In this document: piece by piece, positions 8,345-17,613 of the stretch
How the letters are laid out: each line of letters opens with the position of its first letter
Numbering within the stretch: position 1 is the stretch's first letter
From: Acidimicrobiia bacterium
GTDB taxonomy: Bacteria; Actinomycetota; Acidimicrobiia; Acidimicrobiales; JACDCH01
Assembly: GCA_052387955.1 (NCBI GenBank)
Contig: JBQTIQ010000040.1
Span: forward strand, 23,879-87,878
Reading direction: 5' to 3'
Length of the DNA stretch: 64,000 bases
Notes under the pieces: model-generated
What the model saw: the letters and a program-made list of their open reading frames with translations, nothing else
Told to the model about the DNA's origin: nothing
The model's database searches: none
Program-made: the position numbers and the translations under genes

Positions 8345-10192
8345 TCAATGGGAGACCGACTTGCGGAACTGGGCGACCGCGATGAACCCGAAGAAGGCCG
8401 TCAGCCCCAGGCACCACGCCACCGCCCCGTAGATGCTCTCGCCGGCGGGTGTACCGATGAACAGGGCCCGGGTGGCGTCGGTGACGATCGTGATCGGGTT
8501 GACCTTGGCGAACGCCTGCAGCCAGCCCGGCATCGAGCCGACAGGCACGAACGCCGACGATGCGAACGACAGGGGCAGGATGCTCATGAACCCCAGCATC
8601 TGGGCCGTCTCCGGCGTCGACGCCACCAGGCCGAAGTAGGCGAACACCCAGGAGAAGGCGTAGCCGAACAGCAACAGCAGCAGGAACCCGCCGACCACCT
8701 CGAGAGGACTCGACGAGAAGCGGAAACCGACCAGCAGCCCGACCGTGAGCATCACCACGATCGAGAACGAGTTGGTCACCACGTCGGCCAACGTCCGGGC
8801 TGTGAGCAGGGCGGCCCGTGACATGGGCAACGATCGGAACCGGTCCATGAGCCCCTTGCGGAGGTCCTCGGAGAGCCCCAGGGCGGTGACGAAGCCGCCG
8901 AAGGACATCGTCTGCACGATGATGCCCGGCATGAGGAAGTCCTCGTAGTCGATGCCGGTCTCGATGGCACCGCCGAAGACGTAGACGAAGAGCAGTACGA
9001 ACATGATCGGCTGCACCGTGTAGGACATCAGCAGTTCGGGAGCCCGAGGGATGCGCAGGAGGCTGCGCCGGGTGAGCACGAGCGTGTCGGACACGGCGTC
9101 GCGGACCGAGCTCCGAGGCCGGGCCTCGGAGGCGGCGGCGGCGAGGTCGTCGTCGGCGTTCTTGGCCAGGGACGGGCCGACGGGCCGTCCGTCGGCGGCG
9201 GCCACCCCTGTCCCGGCTTCCTCGTCCTCGTTCTCGGCCGTGGCCGCGTCCTCGGCGACATGGCCGGTGAGGGCCATGAACACGTCGTCGAGGGTCGGCC
9301 GGCGCAGGCCGATGTCGTCCACGGCCACGCCGACCTCGTGGAGGCGGTGGACGGCTTCGGCGATCGTCCCCCGGGCCTCGCGCAGGGGGACGTTGATGAC
9401 CCCGTCCTCGTAGCGGGGTGACCCGTCGGCCATCGGCTCGAGCGCCCGCAGCGCGGCCTCGGACGAGGCCGGGTCCTCGAGCTTCACCTCCAGGCGCTCA
9501 CCGCCCACCCGGGCCTTGAGCTCGTCGGGGGTCCCGACGGCGATGACGTCCCCGTGGTCGATGACGGCGACCCGATCGGCCAGCAGGTCGGCCTCGTCGA
9601 GGTACTGGGTGGTGAGCAGCACGGTGGTGCCCTCGGCCACCCGGTCCTGGATCGTCTCCAGGAGGCCCCGCCGGCTGCGGGGGTCGAGCCCGCTGGTGGG
9701 CTCGTCGAGGAACAGGACGGGCGGCTGGGCCACCAGCGCGGCGGCGAGGTCGAGACGCCGGCGCATACCGCCCGAATAGGTCCGGACCAGGCGCCCCGAG
9801 GGCTCCTCGAGCTCGAAGCGCTCCAGCAGCTGCTGCGCCCACCGGCGGGCCAGGTCCGGGCTCATGTGGTAGAGCCGGCCCACCATCTCGAGGTTCTCGC
9901 GGCCGGTGAGGTTCTCGTCGACGGCCGCGTACTGGCCGGCGAGCCCGATCTGGGACCGGAGCTCATCGGCTTCCTCGACCACGTCGAACCCGGCCACGTG
10001 GGCGGTGCCGCCGTCGGGCGGCATCAGCGTGGTCAGGATCCGCACCACCGTGGTCTTGCCGGCCCCGTTGGGACCGAGGAGCCCGAGCACGGTCCCGGCC
10101 GGCACCTCGAGATCGATACCGCGTAGGGCGTGGACGTCGCCGTAGGACTTGGTCAGGCCCTTGACGTCGATCGCGATCGTTCGGTCGGCCAT
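8345..10192 (-). CDS. fused ABC transporter ATP-binding domain + ABC-2 permease domain
   Basis: The N-terminal half has GPNGAGKTT, YSGGMRRRL and LFLDEPT. An acidic linker (AEDAATAENEDEEAG) follows, then a 6-TM ABC-2 permease C-terminal half. Start taken at the ATG at 10192 (MADRTIAIDVKGL). Confidence 0.85.
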   Translation of the reverse strand: MADRTIAIDVKGLTKSYGDVHALRGIDLEVPAGTVLGLLGPNGAGKTTVVRILTTLMPPDGGTAHVAGFDVVEEADELRSQIGLAGQYAAVDENLTGRENLEMVGRLYHMSPDLARRWAQQLLERFELEEPSGRLVRTYSGGMRRRLDLAAALVAQPPVLFLDEPTSGLDPRSRRGLLETIQDRVAEGTTVLLTTQYLDEADLLADRVAVIDHGDVIAVGTPDELKARVGGERLEVKLEDPASSEAALRALEPMADGSPRYEDGVINVPLREARGTIAEAVHRLHEVGVAVDDIGLRRPTLDDVFMALTGHVAEDAATAENEDEEAGTGVAAADGRPVGPSLAKNADDDLAAAASEARPRSSVRDAVSDTLVLTRRSLLRIPRAPELLMSYTVQPIMFVLLFVYVFGGAIETGIDYEDFLMPGIIVQTMSFGGFVTALGLSEDLRKGLMDRFRSLPMSRAALLTARTLADVVTNSFSIVVMLTVGLLVGFRFSSSPLEVVGGFLLLLLFGYAFSWVFAYFGLVASTPETAQMLGFMSILPLSFASSAFVPVGSMPGWLQAFAKVNPITIVTDATRALFIGTPAGESIYGAVAWCLGLTAFFGFIAVAQFRKSVSH

Positions 10193-10267
10193 CGACGCGA
10201 ACCTACTGGCCCCACCCGGGCCCGGCGTTGCATTTCGTGACGCGAGCCGCACTGGGGGTAGGGGCGC

Positions 10268-11041
10268 CTACCCCTCCTCGGCCAGGTCAGGCTGGAGGCC
10301 GAGGACCCAGTCGAAGAGGGGCTGGGCCGAGAACCACCCCATGTAATGCGTGCCGACCTGGGACCGCGCCAACCTGGCGGTCTCGTCGTCGATGATCTTG
10401 TAGTCGCCGCCGGCGGCGAGGGCCAGGAGCTGGGCCTGGCACGACCGCTCCAGGGTCACGAACCAGTAGACGGCCTCGTCGACGGAATGGCCCACGGTGA
10501 GCAGGCCGTGGTTGGCCAGGATGCAGGCCTTGCCCTCGCCCAGGGTGTGGGCGATGCGCTTGCCCTCTTCGGGGTCGAGCACCACGCCGCTGTAGTCGTC
10601 GAAGACCTCGTGGTCGTCGTAGAACATGCAGGCGTCCTGGGTGATGGGATCGAGCTTGCGGGCGAAGGCGGAGAACGTCTTGCCGTGCACCGAGTGGGCA
10701 TGGGCGGCGGCGATGACGTCGGGGCGGGCCCGGTGCACCTCGGAGTGGATGGCGAACGCGGCCTGGTTCACGGGCCAGTCGCCTTCGAGGATGTCGCCGG
10801 CATGGTTGAGCAGGAGGAGGTCGCGGGCGCGAATGTGCTTGAAGTTCATGCCGTAGGGATTGACCCAGAAGCGGTCGGGGTGCCCGGGGTCGCGTACGGT
10901 GATGTGGCCGGCGATGCCTTCGTCGAAGCCGAAATGGCCGAAGAGCCGGAACCCGGCGGCCAGCCGGAGCTTGCGGTGGCGGCGTTCGCCCTCCACCGAG
11001 GAGAACGTGGGCGGGCGGTGCGGGGGGCGATCTGACGGCAT
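10268..11041 (-). CDS. class II aldolase/adducin family protein
   Basis: GHITVRDP...FWVNPYG...AFAIHSEVHRARPDVIAAAHAHS.HG...ILANHGLLTVG, with the conserved His ligands of class II aldolase/adducin N-terminal domains. Confidence 0.85.
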   Translation of the reverse strand: MPSDRPPHRPPTFSSVEGERRHRKLRLAAGFRLFGHFGFDEGIAGHITVRDPGHPDRFWVNPYGMNFKHIRARDLLLLNHAGDILEGDWPVNQAAFAIHSEVHRARPDVIAAAHAHSVHGKTFSAFARKLDPITQDACMFYDDHEVFDDYSGVVLDPEEGKRIAHTLGEGKACILANHGLLTVGHSVDEAVYWFVTLERSCQAQLLALAAGGDYKIIDDETARLARSQVGTHYMGWFSAQPLFDWVLGLQPDLAEEG

Positions 11042-11120
11042 GGCGGGCTCCTCGGGCGCGACCGACCTGGGATCACTCTAGAGAACTGCGGACCGAGCCC
11101 GGCCGCCAGCAGCCTCCGGC

Positions 11121-11702
11121 TCAGGTGATCCCGAAGGCGGCGCGGACGGCGTCGACGGGCTCGTCGAGCCAGTCGTCGTAGTGGTCGTCGGTCATGAACG
11201 AGCGCGTCGCCATCCTGTCGACGTAGAGGGTCCCGTCGAGATGGTCGACCTCGTGCTGGAGGATGCGGGCGTGCCAGCCGCGGCACATGTCGTCGTGGTC
11301 GTCGCCGTGGATGTCGGTGTAGCGGGCCCTGACCGAGTGCGCCCGCTCCACCAGGCCGCGGTAGCCCTCGACGCTGAGGCAGCCCTCGAAGAACGTGCGC
11401 CGCTCCTCGCCGACGGGTTCGATGACCGGGTTGATCAGCACGTAGGGCTTGATCACCTCTCGTTCGAGCTCGGCCAGGCGGGCCCGGGAGGTCCCCTCCA
11501 TGTACTCGGGTAGGTCCTGGACGATCACCACCCGCAGCCCGACCCCGATCTGGGGCGCGGCGAGACCGACGCCGGGGATCTCCCGCAGGGTCGCCTGCAT
11601 CGCCTCGAGCAGCTTGCGCGTCCTCGACGACCGGATGGCGCGGGCGCTCAGCGGCTCCGCGGGCCGGCGCAGGACCGGGTCGCCGGCCTGGACGATCGCC
11701 AT
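11121..11702 (-). CDS. def: peptide deformylase
   Basis: The three Def motifs are present: GVGLAAPQIG, EGCLSV and HEVDHLDG. The ATG at 11702 gives MAIVQAGDPVLR. The longer ORF to 12254 is an unsupported extension. Confidence 0.9.
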   Translation of the reverse strand: MAIVQAGDPVLRRPAEPLSARAIRSSRTRKLLEAMQATLREIPGVGLAAPQIGVGLRVVIVQDLPEYMEGTSRARLAELEREVIKPYVLINPVIEPVGEERRTFFEGCLSVEGYRGLVERAHSVRARYTDIHGDDHDDMCRGWHARILQHEVDHLDGTLYVDRMATRSFMTDDHYDDWLDEPVDAVRAAFGIT

Positions 11703-11936
11703 GTGCTCTCCTCTCGCTCGCGCAGTCTCCTCCGCCGGGCCTTCGTGCCGGTCCCGGCGGAGGAGACTAGGTGGCGTCCGGGCCGGTCCGGGCAAGGCAC
11801 CCCGGGGCGGCCCGGGATCGACAGGACGGGATCGGGGAAGACACCTGCCGATGATCGCTATCGCTCCCAACCTGTCCTGGGCTTTCGGGCACCGCCCGCC
11901 GACCGAGCCGACCACGGCCGGGTGGCCCCGACCCCG

Positions 11937-12296
11937 ATGAAGGACGCCGCCGGGCCGCCGTCCATTGGACGGGGCATCACCGCCCAGGGCAACGAGACCT
12001 TGATCGAGGCTCTGGCCCAACTCGAAGCAGAGGGATTCGATCGCACCTTCATCGTCACCGACGACGGGAAACTGCGTTGCGGCGAGTGCCGGGCCGAGAT
12101 CCCTCCGGCGGGCTTCGGCGCCGTCCAGCTGCGACGGATCGAAGGTGCCAGCGACCCGGCCGACGAAGCGGTCGTCGCCGGCTTGCGGTGCCCGTCGTGC
12201 GGATCGCGGGGCACCGTCGTGCTCCGCTTCGGGCCCGAGGCCGAGCCGCAGCACGCCGACGTCCTGCGCCAGGTCGCCGACGACCGACCGCGCTGA
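11937..12296 (+). CDS. hypothetical protein with CxxC...CxxC zinc-ribbon-like motifs
   Basis: In-frame ATG at 11937. The product has CGEC...CPSCG pairs and coding-like composition. No family confidently recognised. Confidence 0.5.
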   Translation: MKDAAGPPSIGRGITAQGNETLIEALAQLEAEGFDRTFIVTDDGKLRCGECRAEIPPAGFGAVQLRRIEGASDPADEAVVAGLRCPSCGSRGTVVLRFGPEAEPQHADVLRQVADDRPR

Positions 12297-12346
12297 GGCA
12301 GGACCGGGGCGCGCACCGACGGGCGAGGCGGGGCAAACTGGCGACG

Positions 12347-12658
12347 GTGGAACTGACCGTGCTCTACATCGAGGGCTGCCCGCATCTCGACGTGGCCCGT
12401 GCCCGGCTCGCCGAGGCGCTGGTCCGCACCGGTGTCGAGGCGGCGATCGGGGCCCGACTGGTCCGGACCGAGGCCGAGGCAGTCGGCTTGAGCTTCGCCG
12501 GCTCGCCCACGATCCTCGTCGATGGCCGCGACCCGTTCCCAGCCCGGTCGGCCGGGCTCGCCTGCCGCCTCTACGCCACCGACGCCGGTCCCGACGGCGC
12601 TCCCACCGTGGAAGCGTTGGTCGAAGTCATCCTCGACCGGGCGGCTGCTCCGCGGTAG
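12347..12658 (+). CDS. thioredoxin-fold/glutaredoxin-like small protein (tentative)
   Basis: GTG at 12347. The product VELTVLYIEGCPH...GSPTILVDGRDPF resembles small thioredoxin-like proteins. Assignment is tentative. Confidence 0.5.
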   Translation: MELTVLYIEGCPHLDVARARLAEALVRTGVEAAIGARLVRTEAEAVGLSFAGSPTILVDGRDPFPARSAGLACRLYATDAGPDGAPTVEALVEVILDRAAAPR

Positions 12659-13265
12659 CGGCCCGCGGCTCTGGCGGCCCGCGCCAGGAGGCCCGGCCGA
12701 AGGTCACGGCCATGGTCGCGATCCAGATGTCGACGACGCCGAGGCCGAAGCGCTGTAGTACCCCGTTGGCGCTCGGGGCCGAGACGGCGCCGACCAGGGC
12801 GCCGGCGGCGGCGAGCGCGCACAGCCGGGCCACGACTGCGGCCCGCTGGCGCCCGGCCCGGGCCAGCGCCGGCGCCGCCAGTACGGGCAGGGCGGCCATG
12901 GTGGCGTAGCCGGTCCCGGCGAAGAGCGCGTGCAGGTCGTCGACGCCGGTGTCGAGCGGGGTGGCGGCCACGCCGAAGGACGCCACCGCTGCGGTGAGGG
13001 CGGCGGTCCACGCCGGCCCCGGCAGGGCCGACCGCAGTGCGCCGGACCAGGCCCCGACGCCGACGCCGAAACCGATCAGGCCGGCCGTCATCAGCGGCTG
13101 GGTCGATGCCCCGGCCGCGGCGAGCCGGCTGATGGTGTCGCCCACCGCCGAGTAGTCCTCGGCCACCGCGCTGCTGATGGCCCAGGCGGCCACGAAGGAC
13201 GCCGGCCCGCCCACCCCGCCGGCCACCGCCAGAAAGCGCCGTCCAGTGCCCTGAGTTGGTGTCAA
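12627..13265 (-). CDS. DUF998-like integral membrane protein
   Basis: Multi-TM product with YSAVGDTISRLAA.GA...LM, a motif typical of DUF998. The proposed TTG start at 13265 overlaps the upstream stop (TTGA). The rest of ORF 12627..13925 overlaps the aminotransferase out of frame. Confidence 0.55.
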   Translation of the reverse strand: MTPTQGTGRRFLAVAGGVGGPASFVAAWAISSAVAEDYSAVGDTISRLAAAGASTQPLMTAGLIGFGVGVGAWSGALRSALPGPAWTAALTAAVASFGVAATPLDTGVDDLHALFAGTGYATMAALPVLAAPALARAGRQRAAVVARLCALAAAGALVGAVSAPSANGVLQRFGLGVVDIWIATMAVTFGRASWRGPPEPRAATAEQPPGRG

Positions 13266-14422
13266 CGCCGTTGCACGGCGTCGGCCATGGCCGCGACGAT
13301 CTGCTCCAGGATGGCCCGAGACGTCCCGAAGTTGAGCCGCACGAAGCCCTCGGCGCCGGCGCCGAAGGCAGCGCCGGCGTTGACCGCCACCCGCGCCCGG
13401 TCGAGGAAGAACTCCGACGGCCGCTCCACGCCCAGGGCGCGGCAATCGACCCAGGCCAGGTACGTCGCTTCGGGGGCCCGGAAGCCGAGTTCCGGGATCT
13501 CGGCCGTCAGCAGGTCGGCCAGCCGCCGGCGGTTGTCGTCGAGGTAGTCGACCAGTCGTCGGCGCCAGTCGCCGCCCCGCTCGTAGGCGGCGACGTTGGC
13601 GGCGATGCCGAGCGGGCTGGCCAACCCGGTCGCCACCAGCGACAGCCCACGCCAGCGGGCCAGGTCGTCGTCGTTGGTCAGCACCATCTGGGCGCACTTG
13701 AGCCCGGGGAGGTTCCAGCCCTTCGACGCGGACAGGAGCGTGACGGAGTGGGCGGCGGCCGCCTCCGAGACGGTGGCGTAGGGAATGTGACGGTTCCCCC
13801 GGTAGGCGAGCGGGGCGTGGACCTCGTCGGCGATGACCCGGGCGCCGTGGCGCTCCACCAGATCGGCAAGGGCACCGAGCTCGGCCGCGGTGAACACCCG
13901 CCCCAATGGGTTGTGGGGGTTGCACAGGATGACGGTGCCGGCGCCGGCGGCCAGGCTCGCCCCGATGCGGTCGATGTCGAACGTCAGCCGCCCGCCGGCC
14001 GGGACCATGGGGGCCTCGACCAGAGCCCTCCGTTCGAGGCCGACCACGTCGAAGAACGGTGGGTACGAGGGGGTCGGCAGCACCACCGCCGAGCCTTCGG
14101 CACTGAAGCTCCGGATGGCCGTGGCCATGCCGTGGAGGACGTCGGGCAGCACGACGATGCGTTCGGGACCGACGTCCCAGCCGTAGGCCTCACCCAGGTA
14201 CCGGGCGCAGGCGGCGGGCAGCTCGGTGACGGCCCGGAGCGGGGCGTAGCCGAACTCGTCGCGCTCGACCGCTTCGCTCAACGCCTCCCGGACCGGTTCG
14301 GCTACTCGGAAGTCCATCTCGGCCACCCACGCCGCCAGCACGTCATCGCCGTAGTCGGACCACTTGGCCGTGCGCCGCCGGCGTAACCCCTCGAGCGTCA
14401 CCGAATCGAACAGCGGGTCCAT
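13262..14422 (-). CDS. PLP-dependent aminotransferase, MalY/PatB-type C-S lyase family
   Basis: MDPLFDSVTLEGLRRRRTAKWSDYGDDVLAAWVAEMDF... plus SASKGWNLPGLK (PLP lysine motif). Start at the ATG at 14422. Confidence 0.85.
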   Translation of the reverse strand: MDPLFDSVTLEGLRRRRTAKWSDYGDDVLAAWVAEMDFRVAEPVREALSEAVERDEFGYAPLRAVTELPAACARYLGEAYGWDVGPERIVVLPDVLHGMATAIRSFSAEGSAVVLPTPSYPPFFDVVGLERRALVEAPMVPAGGRLTFDIDRIGASLAAGAGTVILCNPHNPLGRVFTAAELGALADLVERHGARVIADEVHAPLAYRGNRHIPYATVSEAAAAHSVTLLSASKGWNLPGLKCAQMVLTNDDDLARWRGLSLVATGLASPLGIAANVAAYERGGDWRRRLVDYLDDNRRRLADLLTAEIPELGFRAPEATYLAWVDCRALGVERPSEFFLDRARVAVNAGAAFGAGAEGFVRLNFGTSRAILEQIVAAMADAVQRR

Positions 14423-14678
14423 ACCGCGACGATTGTTGCCCGTCGCCGCGCTCGGCCCGCGTTCGGTCGGCGTGGCGACAGGGCGTCGTCGGTGACCGCC
14501 GCCACCTCGACGCGCCCGGCGCTGTCGACCAGGCGACGGCGAGCACGGCATGGTCATGGCGGCGGCGGTCGATGGCGACGAGCACGCGGCGGGCGTCACC
14601 AACATGAAACGGACGTTGCCTCCAACGGCACGAAGAAGTGCCGATTGCAGGCTGCAGGAGCCTTAAGGAGGCCGCCCG

Positions 14679-16163
14679 ATGGTCACAGCCGCTACTGGGC
14701 CCGAACGAGGCGGGGGAGGGGTCGTCACCTCGGTCAACCCGGCTCGTCCCGTCGACGTGGTGGCTCGCTACGACGCCGGCACCGCCACCGACGTGGACCA
14801 TGCCGTGCGGGCCGCGACCTCCGCCCAGCGGGAATGGGCCCAAGTGCCGGTCCCGGCCCGGGCCGACATCATCGCCGCCGTCGGGTCGGTGCTCGCCCGC
14901 CGGAAGAGCGAACTGGCCCTCCTCGTCGGCCGGGAGGTGGGCAAGATCGTCGTCGAGGCCGGCGGCGACGTGCAGGAAGCGATCGACATGGCGGGTTACG
15001 TGGCCGGGCAGGGCCGGGCGCCGTGGGGCCACACCGTGCCATCCGAACTCGGGTCGAAGTTGGCGTGGACGACACGCCAACCGGTCGGTGTCGTCGGGCT
15101 CATCACCCCCTGGAACTTCCCGGTCGCCATCCCGTCGTGGAAGATCTTCCCGGCACTGCTCGCCGGCAACGGCATCGTCATCAAGCCGTCCGAGCTCGCC
15201 CCGGCGTGCTGCGAGGCCTTCGTCGACGCCTGCCGCGAGGCCGGGGTCCCCGCGGGCCTGGTGCAGGTGGTGCACGGCGGCGCCGAGCCTGCCGCCGCGC
15301 TGGCCGTGCACCCGGAGGTCGGCGCCGTCAGCTTCACCGGGTCGGTGCCGACCGGGCGCGCCGTGGCGGCGGCGGCCATGGCCACCGGCCCGCGGCTGGT
15401 GTCCCTCGAGCTGGGCGGCAAGAACGCCATGATCGTGCGGGCCGACGCCGACATCGACCTTGCCGTCGAGGGGGCGTTGTTCGGGGCGTTCGGCACCGCC
15501 GGCCAGCGGTGCACGTCGACCAGCCGGCTCATCGCCGAGCCCGCCATCGCCGCCGAACTGGTAGCCCGCATCGTCGAGCGGGCCGAAGCGCTACGGCTCG
15601 GTGACCCGCTCGACCCGCAGACCGATGTCGGCCCGGTGATCACGGCCCAGGCCGCGTCCCGCATCGTCGCCGCCATCGACGCCGCCCGTGACGAAGGCGC
15701 CAAGGTGGCGACCGGCGGGCGGTCCTGCCACGACGTCGCTGGTTGCGTCGGCGGGGTGTTCGTCGAGCCTACCGTGCTGGTCGGGGTCGAGGCCGACCAC
15801 CGCATTGCTCGCGACGAGGTGTTCGGCCCCGTCCTCGCGGTGCTGGAGGTCGACGACCTCGACGACGCCGTCGACGTGGTCAACGGTGTCGACTACGGCC
15901 TGTCCGCGTGCATCTACACCAGGGACGTCAATGCCGCGCTCCACGCCGTCGAACGGATCGACGCCGGCATCGTCTACGTCAACGCCCCGACCATCGGGGC
16001 CGAGATCCCGCTCCCGTTCGGCGGCACCAAGCACACCGGCAACGGCTTCCGAGAAGCGGGTTCGAGGGGCATCGAGCAGTTCAGCCAGGTCAAGACGGTC
16101 TACGTCGACTACTCGGGCCGGCTCCAACGGGCCCAGATCGACAGCCGGGTGCCGTCGTCATGA
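14679..16163 (+). CDS. NAD(P)-dependent aldehyde dehydrogenase
   Basis: ITPWNFP, FTGS..TG, LELGGKN and the catalytic-Cys region GQRCTS are present. An AAGGAGG Shine-Dalgarno lies 8 nt upstream of the ATG. Confidence 0.9.
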   Translation: MVTAATGPERGGGGVVTSVNPARPVDVVARYDAGTATDVDHAVRAATSAQREWAQVPVPARADIIAAVGSVLARRKSELALLVGREVGKIVVEAGGDVQEAIDMAGYVAGQGRAPWGHTVPSELGSKLAWTTRQPVGVVGLITPWNFPVAIPSWKIFPALLAGNGIVIKPSELAPACCEAFVDACREAGVPAGLVQVVHGGAEPAAALAVHPEVGAVSFTGSVPTGRAVAAAAMATGPRLVSLELGGKNAMIVRADADIDLAVEGALFGAFGTAGQRCTSTSRLIAEPAIAAELVARIVERAEALRLGDPLDPQTDVGPVITAQAASRIVAAIDAARDEGAKVATGGRSCHDVAGCVGGVFVEPTVLVGVEADHRIARDEVFGPVLAVLEVDDLDDAVDVVNGVDYGLSACIYTRDVNAALHAVERIDAGIVYVNAPTIGAEIPLPFGGTKHTGNGFREAGSRGIEQFSQVKTVYVDYSGRLQRAQIDSRVPSS

Positions 16164-16243
16164 CCGTTCTTGCTCGGGGGCTGCGCCCCCGGGCCCCGTC
16201 GTCGCCCGGCTCGCTGGCGCTCGCCCGGTCGACCGGTCGCGGC
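16160..16243 (+). repeat. family-A GC-rich intergenic repeat, copy A1
   Basis: ATGACCGTTCTTGCTCGGGGGCTGCGCCCCCGGGCCCCGTCGTCGCCCGGCTCGCTGGCGCTCGCCCGGTCGACCGG. It starts on the stop codon of the aldehyde dehydrogenase gene and is near-identical to the copies at 39961 and 56131. Confidence 0.85.
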
Positions 16244-16269
16244 GGGTGAACGCAGGCAATGGTGGACCA

Positions 16270-17526
16270 GTGACTGTCGTCGCCGGCCTCACCCGCACCG
16301 AGGAATGGCTGGCCCGCTACGACGAGGCCTTGGCCGCCGTGCTCCCGGGCTACTTCTCCATCGTGGCCGACCGGGGCGAGGGAAGTTGGCTGGTCGACGT
16401 CGAAGGCCGGCGCTACCTCGACTTCACCTCGGGGATCGCGGTCACCAACACGGGGCACTGCCACCCACGGGTGGTGGCGGCCGTCGAGGCCCAGGCCCGG
16501 GCCCTGCTGCACACCTCCGTGGTCACCAGGCACCGGCCCGCCATCGAGCTGGCCGAGCGCTTGGGCGCGCTGACGCCATTCCTCGACCATCCGCAGGTGT
16601 TCTTCTGCAACTCCGGTGCCGAAGCAGTCGACGGCGCCCTCAAGCTTGCCCGCCATGCGACCGGGCGCGGGGGCGTGATCGCCTTTCGCGGCGGGTTCCA
16701 CGGCCGGACCCTCGCCGCCACTTCCCTCACGACGGCCAAGGGCCGCTACCGAGAGGGCTACGAGCCGCTCCTGAGCGGCGTCTACCACGCCCCCTACTGC
16801 CGGCGGGACTGCGACGTCGACGCCTGCCTGGCCGAGCTGGACGAGATCATCAGCTTCGTCGCTCCTCCGGGCAACGTCGGTTGCATCATCGTCGAGCCGG
16901 TCCTGGGCGAGGGCGGCTACGTCGTCGGTCCCATCCGGTGGCTGGAGGGGCTGCGCCGGCGCTGCGACGAGCACGGCTTCCTGCTCGTGTTCGACGAGGT
17001 GCAATGCGGGATCGGACGGACCGGGCACCCGTTCGCGGCCGAGGCGCTCGGCGTCGTTCCCGACGTGGTGCTGTTCGCCAAGGGCGTCGCCTCCGGGCTC
17101 CCGCTCGGTGGGATCATCGCGGGTCGAGCCGTGATGCAACGCTGGCCTCACGGCGCCCACGGATCGACGTTCGGCGGCAACCCGGTGTCGTGCGCGGCGG
17201 GCCTCGCCACCCTCGACGTGCTCGCCGCCGAGGACTGCTACCGGCGGTGCCGGGACCTCGGGGCCCGGGCGCTCGGGCGCCTGCACGGGGCGGCCGTCGC
17301 CAATCCCACCGACGTCGTCGACGTACGGGGGATCGGCCTCATGATCGGGGTGGAGCTGCGCCACCGGACCACTGCGGCGAGGGCCCAGCGGACGTGTTTC
17401 GACCATGGGCTCCTGGTGCTCACCTGTGGGCCGGACGACAACGTGCTCCGCCTCGTCCCTCCCTTGACCGTGACCGACGACGAGCTCGACCACGGCCTGG
17501 CCGTCCTGACCGCGGCGCTGGCCTGA
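16270..17526 (+). CDS. class III (omega/GABA-type) aminotransferase
   Basis: YLDFTSGIAVTN.GHCHPRVV, FDEVQCGIGRTG, KG.ASGLPLG and GSTFGGNP are present. The start is a GTG at 16270 (or 16246). The upstream part of ORF 15688..17526 overlaps the ALDH gene out of frame. Confidence 0.85.
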   Translation: MTVVAGLTRTEEWLARYDEALAAVLPGYFSIVADRGEGSWLVDVEGRRYLDFTSGIAVTNTGHCHPRVVAAVEAQARALLHTSVVTRHRPAIELAERLGALTPFLDHPQVFFCNSGAEAVDGALKLARHATGRGGVIAFRGGFHGRTLAATSLTTAKGRYREGYEPLLSGVYHAPYCRRDCDVDACLAELDEIISFVAPPGNVGCIIVEPVLGEGGYVVGPIRWLEGLRRRCDEHGFLLVFDEVQCGIGRTGHPFAAEALGVVPDVVLFAKGVASGLPLGGIIAGRAVMQRWPHGAHGSTFGGNPVSCAAGLATLDVLAAEDCYRRCRDLGARALGRLHGAAVANPTDVVDVRGIGLMIGVELRHRTTAARAQRTCFDHGLLVLTCGPDDNVLRLVPPLTVTDDELDHGLAVLTAALA

Positions 17527-17613
17527 ACGCGCCGGCGCCCGACCGAGGGCCAGTCGGGCCAGCGGCGGGACAACCCATGGGCGCAGCGGGACTGGGACTA
17601 CCGTCGTCGGCCA

